Positions 30,237-39,072 of a stretch of 64,000 bases of DNA are shown here, piece after piece. The DNA is taken from the NCBI RefSeq assembly GCF_900167465.1, contig NZ_FUWR01000013.1, forward strand, positions 16,288-80,287. Reading direction: 5' to 3'. Below the pieces are notes generated by a model. That model did not search any database and had not been told where the DNA came from. It saw only the letters and a list, made by a program, of their open reading frames with translations. Each line of letters starts with the position of its first letter. The stretch's first letter is position 1. Source of the stretch: Trichlorobacter thiogenes (lineage in GTDB: Bacteria > Desulfobacterota > Desulfuromonadia > Geobacterales > Pseudopelobacteraceae). A program made the translations under genes and the position numbers.

Positions 30237-30668
30237 TTAACCTTCGTCTACTAGAATTAGTCTCGGGTTCTCCCATATAGAGCGCCGAGGTTCACCCGTT
30301 GGCAGAAAGCCGAGATCTCGCCAGAATGGCTCAGATCTGCGAGGTGCGCATTCGACTGTAATAAACTCGGCCCCAGATGCAAACAAGCGTTTGATAGCGT
30401 CGAGAGCTAACAACTTTCCGATGCCTCGTCTGCGATGCTCCGGCTTGACTTCAAGTATGTCTATTGAAGCGCCAACGGACTTTCTATTGTGAACGACAAA
30501 TCCGACCACCTCAGTACCGGCAACAGCACAAAAAACTTCGCCTTTTTGCAGAGAATCTCTAATAATCTCGTGATTGCAGTTGAAGCCTTCACCGCTCTCG
30601 CGCTCCTCTCGTTCAAGCCATGCTAGTATTTCAATAAGATGGATATCATTCGATTTGATAATGATCAT
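30237..30668 (-). CDS. GNAT-family N-acetyltransferase
   Basis: ...ILEVKPEHRRRGIGKLLALDAIKRL... acetyl-CoA binding motif. 143 aa. Confidence 0.75.
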   Translation of the reverse strand: MIIIKSNDIHLIEILAWLEREERESGEGFNCNHEIIRDSLQKGEVFCAVAGTEVVGFVVHNRKSVGASIDILEVKPEHRRRGIGKLLALDAIKRLFASGAEFITVECAPRRSEPFWRDLGFLPTGEPRRSIWENPRLILVDEG

Positions 30669-30691
30669 TTTAAATGGTCCAACTCCTTATT

Positions 30692-30725
30692 GAGCGGTTC
30701 ACGCGCACGTGCGCGTGAACCGCTC
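30692..30725. repeat. perfect 34-bp palindrome GAGCGGTTCACGCGCAC|GTGCGCGTGAACCGCTC
   Basis: Seen in sequence. Lies between the flotillin 3-prime end and the GNAT start. Confidence 0.6.
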
Positions 30726-30749
30726 ATCCCCCCAAATGGAACAGTTCTT

Positions 30750-33251
30750 CTACCCCTTTATCTCCGGCGCAGCACCCTGCTTCTTCAGCATGGCATTCAG
30801 ATCAATCCCCGGCAGCAGTCGGGCCAGTTGCCCCATCAGGCCATCGCCAGCGGTGCCGCCGCCTGAAACAAGCACATCCGGCACAATCTTAATCTTGCCG
30901 TTTTCAATGGCGGTTGCAATCAGCTCCACAATCTTGATCTGCTTGATCGCCTCTTCGCCAATCGCCTCCTGCTGCTTGCTATAGGCCTGGGCAGTGGCTT
31001 CACCGATGGCGGCAATCTTGGAGGCCTCACCATCACCAATCGCCTTCAGCCGCTTGCCTTCACCGGTTCCTTCCAGTGCCTTGGCCTCTGCCGTACCTTC
31101 GGCCAGGGTAATCATCTCGGTCTTTTTCTGGGTTGCCACCTTTACGGCGATCTCTGAAGCAACCAGGGTGGGCTGCTGGTCGGCAGTGGCGCGCATCTTC
31201 TCCATCTCGGTCCGCTCTGCCTGGGACTTCTGCTCCATCTTGTACATTTCCTGCTGCTGCTCGGCAATGATCCGCTTGGTCTGGGTCTGCATCAGATCTT
31301 CCGGCAGTTTGATCTGGCAGATCAGCACGGATACGCATTCCACATGGTATTTTTCCAGATCAACACGGGCGCGGGTTTCAGCCTTGGTCTGTTCTTCAGA
31401 ACGGCTCTGCAGGAAGTTCATGGCCGAGGCGGTGGAGGCCTGGTTTCTGAAGGATGAATCGATCATCGGGTGGATAACATGCTGGATCAGGTTGTCGATG
31501 GAGCCAACCTTGGCCACCATGTAAGGGGCCTGATCCGGGCGGACCCGGATAACCACCTTGACCGCAACCTGAATCGGGAAGCCATCCTTTGAGATAACTG
31601 TTAACTGGTCAAAGCGGGTATCTTCCTGATCATCCCAATCAATGGTGATGTTGGTGGTATCAATGATGTAGGCCATAAAGGCCCGCCGGTTCAGGTAATA
31701 GCGTCCGGGGCCGGCAACCTCTTCCTGAATGCCGCGGAATCCCTTGGGCACCACATACTTCTCTTTGCCTTCTTCAATAGAGGCACCGGCCTGCGTCGAA
31801 CCAAGGCGTTTTTTCATCTCTTCCGTGGGGTCTTCCCCCACGTTGGAGACAATCACCCCCACCTGACCACGCTCAATCACCGCCACATCATCAATGGCCA
31901 CACTGAACATAAACGGGTTGATATAGTAGGTACCGGGACGCAGCACATCAAGCTGCGGACCACGCTGGCCCTGCTTGGTCAAAAAGGCGGAACCATCCTG
32001 ATAATCGTTATGCCCCACAACGGGGCAGGCAACATATTCCCGCTCCGGCAGCGGAATACCATCCAGGGCGGTTACCAGACCAATCTTATTGGCCTCTACA
32101 ACGGCAGCCGGCGCAATCTGGATATTAAACAGGTTCAGGTTAATCCGGTAGGTACCAGGCAGCAGCACATCAATCTGCGGACCTTTCTGGCCACCGTTTT
32201 TCAGGAACGCCTCGCCGTTTTCATAGTTGGAATGTCCGGTCACGCTCTGCGCCAGCAGACGTCCCATCGGGATCGGGGCGCCGTCCTGAGCGGTCACCAT
32301 CCCCACCTCGCCCTTGGCAATCACCACGGCAGCGGCCTTGGTAACTTTGAAGAGGTTGGGATGAATCCGGTAGACACCCGGCGGCAGGATCTCGGTCTGC
32401 GGCCCTTTCTGACCGCCGCTTGTGATGAAGTCCTGGCCGGATTGGAAGGCGTTGTGACCGGGCACCACGGTGGCAAAAATGTGCCCTGCCGGAATTGCCG
32501 CGCCGTCGGCAGACTCAACCAGACCGATCTCACCTTCACTGATCTTGGTGGCCATACTTTTGGTCACCTTGAACAGGTAGGGGTTGATCCGGTAGTTTCC
32601 GGGGGGGATGATCTCAATCTGCGGCCCTTTCTGGCCGCCGTTCTTGATAAAGGCATCACCGTTCTGGAATGATTCATGCCCTTCCACAGCCTGGGCAAAG
32701 ATCTTGCCTTCCTGAATGGCAGCACCATCAACTGACTCCACAATGCCGATCTCGGAATCCTTGATCTCAGTGACATGCCCCTTGGTCAGTTTGAACAGAT
32801 AGGGGTTAATCCGGTATTTACCCGGCGGCAGAATCTCAATCTGCGGACCCTTCTGACCACCGTTTCTGATAAAGGCCTCGCCATCCTGAAATGAGTTGTG
32901 GCCAGCCACCACCGCCGCAAAGATCCGGCCTGCCGGAATGGAAGAGCCATCCACCGATTCAATCAGGCCGATCTCGTTTTCCAGAATCTCGGTAAACATG
33001 CTCTTGGTGGCCAGATAGATAAACGGAATCAGAAAATGCAGACCTGGTCCCAGGGTCCGCGCCTGGATACCGACCTCATTCCCCAAGGCCACAACCCGCC
33101 CCTGGGGCATCTTGCTGCCAAACCAACGGCGCTCGATCAGAGCGATCTCATTTCCACCAACAATGACAACCGATTGATAAATAAGGATAACCACCGGGAT
33201 CAACAGGATCAGGTAGCCACCATTTTGAAGGGCAACATCAAGCAACGGCAT
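30750..33251 (-). CDS. flotillin-like SPFH/band-7 protein with N-terminal TM and at least five internal ~73-aa tandem repeats
   Basis: C-terminal SPFH plus flotillin coiled-coil (EAKALEGTGEGKRLKAIGDGEASKIAAIGEA...). Repeats carry GHxxFQxGxAFxxNGGQKGPQxxxLPPGxYRINP. Start moved to ATG 33249-33251 (GGAG SD); the track start was TTG 33320. Confidence 0.75.
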   Translation of the reverse strand: MPLLDVALQNGGYLILLIPVVILIYQSVVIVGGNEIALIERRWFGSKMPQGRVVALGNEVGIQARTLGPGLHFLIPFIYLATKSMFTEILENEIGLIESVDGSSIPAGRIFAAVVAGHNSFQDGEAFIRNGGQKGPQIEILPPGKYRINPYLFKLTKGHVTEIKDSEIGIVESVDGAAIQEGKIFAQAVEGHESFQNGDAFIKNGGQKGPQIEIIPPGNYRINPYLFKVTKSMATKISEGEIGLVESADGAAIPAGHIFATVVPGHNAFQSGQDFITSGGQKGPQTEILPPGVYRIHPNLFKVTKAAAVVIAKGEVGMVTAQDGAPIPMGRLLAQSVTGHSNYENGEAFLKNGGQKGPQIDVLLPGTYRINLNLFNIQIAPAAVVEANKIGLVTALDGIPLPEREYVACPVVGHNDYQDGSAFLTKQGQRGPQLDVLRPGTYYINPFMFSVAIDDVAVIERGQVGVIVSNVGEDPTEEMKKRLGSTQAGASIEEGKEKYVVPKGFRGIQEEVAGPGRYYLNRRAFMAYIIDTTNITIDWDDQEDTRFDQLTVISKDGFPIQVAVKVVIRVRPDQAPYMVAKVGSIDNLIQHVIHPMIDSSFRNQASTASAMNFLQSRSEEQTKAETRARVDLEKYHVECVSVLICQIKLPEDLMQTQTKRIIAEQQQEMYKMEQKSQAERTEMEKMRATADQQPTLVASEIAVKVATQKKTEMITLAEGTAEAKALEGTGEGKRLKAIGDGEASKIAAIGEATAQAYSKQQEAIGEEAIKQIKIVELIATAIENGKIKIVPDVLVSGGGTAGDGLMGQLARLLPGIDLNAMLKKQGAAPEIKG

Positions 33252-33505
33252 ACAGACTCCTTTCAGGCACAACAGGGGGGGATGGAGTGTTTTGCACACA
33301 ATCTGGCAGTATACCAGCAAATGGATCTTTTGCTATTTGGGAGGGTGATTTTTTAGGGATAGCAGGCCGATAGCACAGAAGCTGATCAAAAATGGTAACA
33401 GCAGCACGCGGATTAAGGGCTAAGGGACTCGGAATTTGCTGATGTACCAGTTTTTACGCTCAGATTTGGGTCAGATTTGTCATCCCTGATTGAGCAAAAC
33501 CGCAG

Positions 33506-33523
33506 GCGTAGCCAAAGCTACGC
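33506..33523 (-). terminator. hairpin GCGTAGC-caaa-GCTACGC downstream of mntH
   Basis: 7-bp stem. On the minus strand it is followed by CUGCGGUUUUG. Weak intrinsic terminator candidate. Confidence 0.3.
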
Positions 33524-33603
33524 AGAGGATTTTGTGATTGAAGGGATGGCAAAGATGGCCTGAAGATGAGATGTAAAACGGTATATTGGCAAGTTCCGAG
33601 TCC

Positions 33604-34857
33604 CTAACGTGCCATATCAATCAACAGTGCCAGATTAAGACCAATAACAATCAGGCCGGTAATCCAGAGTACGGCGGCGCCATAGGGCTTGTTGGCGTAG
33701 GTTCCCATTACTTTTTTTGACGAAGTCAGCAGAATCAGCGGGATGATGGTAAGCGGAAGTTGCAGGGAAAGGGCGATCTGGCTCCAAAGGATACCCTTGA
33801 ACGGGTCTGACAACAGCATGATGGCGGCCAGTGCCCCCAACAGCGTGATACTTAGGCCGACACGGGAGTGAGGATCATTAATATCGAACGGCTCGCTGAA
33901 GATACCGGCAAAAACAGACCCCCCTGCCATGGCGGCGGTAACAGACGATGAAAGCCCGGCAAAGAGCAGACCCAGCGCAAATACCACCGCTGAAGCCTTG
34001 CCAAAGACCGGCGCCAGAGTCACGGTGACCTGGGGAAGTTCGTTGACCACAATGCCATTTTTATAGAATACGGCGGCAGCCATAATAATCATGGCGCTGT
34101 TGATGGCCCAGCCAGCCCCCATCCCGGTCAGTGTGTCCAGAAACTCATATTTCAGCTGTTTCCTGATCACATCATCGCCATGCTCGTTCCATTGACGGCT
34201 CTGGATCACCTCTGAATGCAGGAAAATATTATGGGGCATCACAACCGCGCCCAACACCCCCATGATGACCGGTAGCGCCCCGACAGGAAAGCTCGGTGTC
34301 ACCCAGCCGGTAAAGGTCTGGACCCAGGATACGTCGGCCAGCCAGATTTCAAAGACAAAGGCCAGACCGATCAAGGAGACAAATCCCATAATCCATTTCT
34401 CAAGCCGTTGATAGTTTTTTGAGAAGAGCATCCAGGCCGAGAACAGCGCCGAGAACAGCGCGCCGACCATCAATGGCAGGCCGGTCAGCATATTGAGGCC
34501 GATGGCGGCTCCCAGCAGTTCTGCCAGCGCTGTGGCAACGCAGGCAACCATGGCACTTCCCAGCATTAAAACCCGTAGCCAGGGTTTAAAGAATTTTGAG
34601 GCTGCCTCAGAAAGACAAAGTCCGGTAACAATCCCCAGGTGGGCGGCATTATGCTGGACAACAATCAGGATAACGGTGGAAAGGGTCACCACCCAGAGCA
34701 GCTTGTAGCCAAATTGCGAACCTGCAGCCACGTTGGTGACCCAGTTGCCGGGATCAATAAAGCCGACCGTGACAAAAAAACCGGGGCCGATGTAGCGGAA
34801 CAGCTCCAGTGAAGCCAGGCGTGAGGCATGCTTGCCGATGTGGGAAAGCCAATTCAT
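33604..34857 (-). CDS. mntH: Nramp-family divalent metal (Mn2+/Fe2+) transporter
   Basis: GPGFFVTVGFIDPGNWVTNVAAGSQFGY. Start moved to MNWLSH (ATG 34855-34857), giving about 418 aa. Confidence 0.85.
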   Translation of the reverse strand: MNWLSHIGKHASRLASLELFRYIGPGFFVTVGFIDPGNWVTNVAAGSQFGYKLLWVVTLSTVILIVVQHNAAHLGIVTGLCLSEAASKFFKPWLRVLMLGSAMVACVATALAELLGAAIGLNMLTGLPLMVGALFSALFSAWMLFSKNYQRLEKWIMGFVSLIGLAFVFEIWLADVSWVQTFTGWVTPSFPVGALPVIMGVLGAVVMPHNIFLHSEVIQSRQWNEHGDDVIRKQLKYEFLDTLTGMGAGWAINSAMIIMAAAVFYKNGIVVNELPQVTVTLAPVFGKASAVVFALGLLFAGLSSSVTAAMAGGSVFAGIFSEPFDINDPHSRVGLSITLLGALAAIMLLSDPFKGILWSQIALSLQLPLTIIPLILLTSSKKVMGTYANKPYGAAVLWITGLIVIGLNLALLIDMAR

Positions 34858-35255
34858 GGCATTGACGCAGGCGGCGCTGCGATAAAAGCACCGGTTTGAG
34901 AATGTATATAGAATGAAAGTGCTACAAATCCGGCTAAAAGCACCCACGGAAGAAGCTTCAGGACACTATTGTCTTTGGTAAATCGTGAGAAGCTGACAGC
35001 AATTGAGGCAAAAGCAGCCCCCAGAACAATAAATGCAACACCTGCCAACCGTGCGGCTGTTCCATTAAGCGCTGTGGGGCCAAAGAAATACTGTCCTGGC
35101 TCTGGACCGCTTACCGGCTCTAAATGGCCTGATACAAGCGCACTCATGCCCCACCATAAAGGAAACAGCGAGAATGGAGAGACAATAAGTAGCAACAGGG
35201 TGGTATGCAGCCATGTTGGAAGCTTGTCATCAGATGGGAAAAGTGAATCACGCAT
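34854..35255 (-). CDS. small membrane protein (3 TM) co-transcribed with mntH
   Basis: Start at MRDSLFP (ATG 35253-35255) with GGGGAGG SD. Stop overlaps the mntH start (ATGA). Confidence 0.5.
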   Translation of the reverse strand: MRDSLFPSDDKLPTWLHTTLLLLIVSPFSLFPLWWGMSALVSGHLEPVSGPEPGQYFFGPTALNGTAARLAGVAFIVLGAAFASIAVSFSRFTKDNSVLKLLPWVLLAGFVALSFYIHSQTGAFIAAPPASMP

Positions 35256-35268
35256 CTTTGAACCTCCC

Positions 35269-36411
35269 CTACACCCGTTCAAAGGTCTCAAACAAGGTCT
35301 TGTAATCATCCAGCGCATAGCGGTCAGTCATGCCTGCCAGATAATCCGCCACGGTGCGCTCCACCCCGTTCTGTTCTATCCTGCGGTGGTACTTGGGGGG
35401 CAGCAGGTTGGGCCGTTTCAGGTAGGTCTCAAACAGTTTGCTCAGGACATGCTCGGCCTTGACCCGCATCTTGTCCACCTTGTGATGGCGATAAAGCTTC
35501 TCTTTCAGGAACTTCTTCAGGGCCATATTCTCCTGCTCCACCTGGGGGCTGAAATGGACCAACACCCGGTTAACCCGACGCAGGTCATCCAGGCTATTGA
35601 CACCATACTGCTGGATATTGGCCCAGGTGGTCTCGCAGATGTCAGTAATCTGCATGCCGATCAGGGCACTGACCGTACGGGCCACCAGCCGCTTGTCATC
35701 TATGGTCGGGTAGCGTTCCCGCACCCGGCTGACCATCCGCTGCCACAGCTCCACCTCTTTCAGCAGGTCCAGGGTCAGGTAGCCTGATTTGATGCCGTCA
35801 TCAATATCATGGTTGTTGTAGGCGATCTCATCGGCATAGTTAATCAACTGCCCTTCTATGGAGGGGACCACGCCGGGCAGAAATTCATCCAGAATTTTAG
35901 TAGGTACATCATGGGGTGAGGAATGTTTCAGGATCCCCTCCCGCACCTCCCAGGAAAGGTTCAGGCCATCAAATGCGGCATAGCGTTCTTCCAGTTCATT
36001 CACCACCCGGAACGACTGATAGTTATGCTCAAACCCGCCAAAACCCTGCATCAACTGATTCAGCACCTCTTCGCCGGTATGGCCGAAAGGGGTATGCCCC
36101 AGATCATGGGCCAGGGCCAACGCCTCGGTCAGGTCATCGTTCAGGCGCAGACGACGGGCAACCGATTTGCCGATCTGGGCCACCTCCAGCGAATGGGTCA
36201 GACGGGTACGGTAGTAATCACCTTCGTGGTTCAGGAAGACCTGGGTCTTGTATTCCAACCGCCGAAAAGCGGCACAGTGGATGATCCGGTCACGGTCGCG
36301 CTCAAACATGGGGCGGGGATCAGAGGATTCTTCCGGGTATTTACGCCCTTTGGAGGCAGCGCTGGTGCAGGCAAAAGGGGCTAGATCAGGACGTTCACTA
36401 TAATCAAACAT
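35269..36411 (-). CDS. dgt: dGTPase-family HD-domain triphosphohydrolase
   Basis: ...RTRLTHSLEVAQIGKSVARRL...ALAHDLGHTPFGH... 380 aa. Confidence 0.85.
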   Translation of the reverse strand: MFDYSERPDLAPFACTSAASKGRKYPEESSDPRPMFERDRDRIIHCAAFRRLEYKTQVFLNHEGDYYRTRLTHSLEVAQIGKSVARRLRLNDDLTEALALAHDLGHTPFGHTGEEVLNQLMQGFGGFEHNYQSFRVVNELEERYAAFDGLNLSWEVREGILKHSSPHDVPTKILDEFLPGVVPSIEGQLINYADEIAYNNHDIDDGIKSGYLTLDLLKEVELWQRMVSRVRERYPTIDDKRLVARTVSALIGMQITDICETTWANIQQYGVNSLDDLRRVNRVLVHFSPQVEQENMALKKFLKEKLYRHHKVDKMRVKAEHVLSKLFETYLKRPNLLPPKYHRRIEQNGVERTVADYLAGMTDRYALDDYKTLFETFERV

Positions 36412-36460
36412 TTAAGACTCCCTTGCAGTTGCAGGATGGGAAAGAGTACTATCCAGACAG

Positions 36461-38323
36461 GTGTTGAGCAAGTTTTTTCATATGATTGGATCTACCATGA
36501 CCAACCACGAACTGCATACCCTGCTGGCCCTTGACCGTTCTACTCTTCCCGAAGATGGCAGGCCGGAGTTCAACCGCCTGATTTTTTCCCGTTCGCCCTA
36601 CCTGCTGCAGCACAGCCGCAATCCGGTGGATTGGCGGGAATGGGGACCAACGGCACAGGAAGAAGCCAGACAGCGCAATCTGCCGCTGTTTGTCTCCATC
36701 GGCTATGCCACCTGCCACTGGTGCCATGTCATGGCCCATGAATCCTTTGAGGATGAAGAGGTGGCCGACATCCTCAACCACGCCTTTGTGCCGGTCAAGG
36801 TGGATCGGGAAGAACGGCCTGATCTGGATGAGTTCTGCATGGCTGCCTGCCAGACCCTGACCAACAGCGGCGGTTGGCCCCTGAACTGCTTCCTGAAGCC
36901 GGATGGCACCCCGTTCTATGCACTGACCTACCTGCCCAAAGAGCCTAGGCGAGGTATGCCCGGTTTTCTGGAGCTGCTGGAGAACATTGCCAGGGTCTGG
37001 CAGCACAAGCAGGATGCGGTTGAACGTAATGCACAATCTCTGATGGAAGCGCTGGGGCAGATGGCCACAGTCCCGCAAGTAACCGCCACGCCAAACCTGC
37101 AGAAGCTGGCGGATACAGCGCTTGCCACCCTGCGTAAGATCCATGATCCGCAGTACCAAGGTTTTGGCAAGGCCCCCAAGTTCCCCATGCCCCCCTATCT
37201 GCTGTTTCTGCTGGGCAGGGACAACCGGGCCGAACAGGAGCTGGCGCTGGGCGCACTGCAGGCGATGCGGCAGGGCGGGATCTGGGACCAACTGGGTGGC
37301 GGCATCCATCGCTACAGCACTGACCAGCGCTGGCTGGTACCACACTTTGAAAAAATGCTCTACGATCAGGCACTGGTGGCCTACACAGCACTGGAGGCCT
37401 ATGCCCTGACCAAAGAGAACCGCTATCTGGAGATGGCAGACAATCTGCTGGAGTTTGTGCTGGCTGAACTGACCGCCCCGGAAGGCGGCTTTTACTGCGG
37501 GCTGGATGCAGATTCTGAAGGCCGTGAAGGGGCCTGCTATGTCTGGGAAAAACAGGAGATTGAGCAGATTCTGGGGGATGAAGCGGCGCTGTTCTGCAGC
37601 CAATACGGGGTAACTGAGCAAGGCAATTTTGAAGAGCCAGGGAAGAATGTGCTGTTTCAGGCCAACTCCAACCAGGCAGCAGAGCTCAAGGAGGCGCAAG
37701 AAAAACTGCTGGCAGTCAGAAATCAGCGTCAGCAGCCGCTGCGGGACATCAAGATCCTGTCCGGCTGGAACGGCCTGATGGTCGCGGCACTGGCACGGGG
37801 AGCAGCACTGACTGGTAATCAGCGCTGGCTGGAAGCGGCCCGCAGGGCAGCAGCCTTTATCAGCAGTTCCCTGACCCGTGCAGATGGCCGCCTGCTACGC
37901 AGCTGGTGCGGCACACCATCAACCATCCCGGGATTTTTGGAGGATTACGGGTTTCTGGGCTGGGGCTATCTGGAACTGTACAAAGCCGGGGAAGACACTG
38001 CGGATCTTCAGACGGCAGAAAAACTCTGCAAGGATGCGCTGCGGCTATTCAGGTCTGACGATGGGCGGCTTGTTACAGCAGGTATCGATCAGGAACAGCT
38101 TCCGCTGGCACTATCAGACAACCATGATGGGGTCATTCCATCCGGGCCAGCAGCCCTGGCCATGAACCTGGTTACGCTGGTAAGACTTACTGACAAGACT
38201 GAATGGAAAAATACGGCAGAAGAGGTGTTGGTGGGACTACTGCCATCCCTGACACGCCAGCCGGTCAGCGGGCTCTGGCTACTTGCGGCCCAAAGACTGT
38301 GGCAAAGCAGCACGCAGGGATAG
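36461..38323 (+). CDS. YyaL/DUF255 thioredoxin-domain protein with N-acylglucosamine-epimerase-like C-terminus
   Basis: IGYATCHWCHVMAHESF...VPVKVDREERPDLD. 620 aa. Start is GTG 36461 or ATG 36482. Confidence 0.8.
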   Translation: MLSKFFHMIGSTMTNHELHTLLALDRSTLPEDGRPEFNRLIFSRSPYLLQHSRNPVDWREWGPTAQEEARQRNLPLFVSIGYATCHWCHVMAHESFEDEEVADILNHAFVPVKVDREERPDLDEFCMAACQTLTNSGGWPLNCFLKPDGTPFYALTYLPKEPRRGMPGFLELLENIARVWQHKQDAVERNAQSLMEALGQMATVPQVTATPNLQKLADTALATLRKIHDPQYQGFGKAPKFPMPPYLLFLLGRDNRAEQELALGALQAMRQGGIWDQLGGGIHRYSTDQRWLVPHFEKMLYDQALVAYTALEAYALTKENRYLEMADNLLEFVLAELTAPEGGFYCGLDADSEGREGACYVWEKQEIEQILGDEAALFCSQYGVTEQGNFEEPGKNVLFQANSNQAAELKEAQEKLLAVRNQRQQPLRDIKILSGWNGLMVAALARGAALTGNQRWLEAARRAAAFISSSLTRADGRLLRSWCGTPSTIPGFLEDYGFLGWGYLELYKAGEDTADLQTAEKLCKDALRLFRSDDGRLVTAGIDQEQLPLALSDNHDGVIPSGPAALAMNLVTLVRLTDKTEWKNTAEEVLVGLLPSLTRQPVSGLWLLAAQRLWQSSTQG

Positions 38324-38329
38324 CACGAC

Positions 38330-38746
38330 TTATTGTGACAGACAGGCCTGGGTAAACTGTTGCCTGATCTCTTCCGTCCGCCGCCGGTTTTTACCCAGAT
38401 CCCAGTAGCCCAGTCGTGCAGCAGAACGGACATGGATCACGGCCATATCCGGGGCCAACAGAAACAGGCCATCATCCACAAATCCCAGCAAGGTTCTGAT
38501 TTCAACCTTGATCATACTTTTATCAAAAGCCACCACGGTGGTATCTGAACGCTTCAGCAACAGCGTATGCAAACAGCTGAACGCCTGAGCTGGATCACCT
38601 TTGACTACAAAAGGGGCAATCCGGTGCTTATCTTCAGCCTGGCTGGAAACGCAGTTGGGTGATGCCGGACAGGGGGGCAGCGCTGCCCCGTATGCAGGAG
38701 TAATGGTCATGGCAAGTACCAGAGCAAGCAGTAGGTTCGTTGGCAC
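38330..38746 (-). CDS. secreted DUF1499-like protein
   Basis: Signal peptide then PCPASPNCVSSQA motif. 138 aa. GTG start. Confidence 0.5.
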   Translation of the reverse strand: MPTNLLLALVLAMTITPAYGAALPPCPASPNCVSSQAEDKHRIAPFVVKGDPAQAFSCLHTLLLKRSDTTVVAFDKSMIKVEIRTLLGFVDDGLFLLAPDMAVIHVRSAARLGYWDLGKNRRRTEEIRQQFTQACLSQ

Positions 38747-38822
38747 GAAGCCCCCAAAAAGCGGCGTATATATAGACAGATAGCCGCAAAAGAGTACAAA
38801 GAAATAAACCTAAAAAACATTT

Positions 38823-38948
38823 GCCACAGAGAACACAGAGGTCTCAGAGGAAAAACAGGAAGATACACCAAATAACCTGATTCTTTTTGGGTGAGACACT
38901 AAAAACAGATTTTTCTTGTAGTTCTCTGTGTTTCTGTGACCTCTGTGG
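38823..38948. repeat. inverted array: 3x CACAGAG (period 9) ... ~70 bp ... 3x CTCTGTG
   Basis: CACAGAG at 38825, 38834 and 38843 (third copy is CTCAGAG). CTCTGTG at 38924, 38933 and 38941. Nested inner inverted repeat GGTCTCA/TGAGAC. Confidence 0.55.
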
Positions 38949-39072
38949 CTAACTGCCGTTTTAAGGATAAAAGAAAACAGATTATTACAAACCGCTTCAG
39001 CGGTATTAGTTATATCAAGCAACGCCTTGAACTGTTTTTGCGATCCTTGCGTTCTTTCGCGGCAAATGTTTT

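Noticed and set aside
36449-37699. 416-aa minus-strand ORF fully inside the yyaL coding region
   Set aside because: Antisense to a well-supported conserved gene. The product is low-complexity (Q/L/G-rich) with no motifs. Typical high-GC shadow ORF.
38750-39072. tRNA or other structured RNA gene in the AT-rich intergenic region
   Set aside because: No cloverleaf-compatible arms and no conserved T-loop (GTTCRANYC). The structure is better explained by the heptamer inverted arrays.
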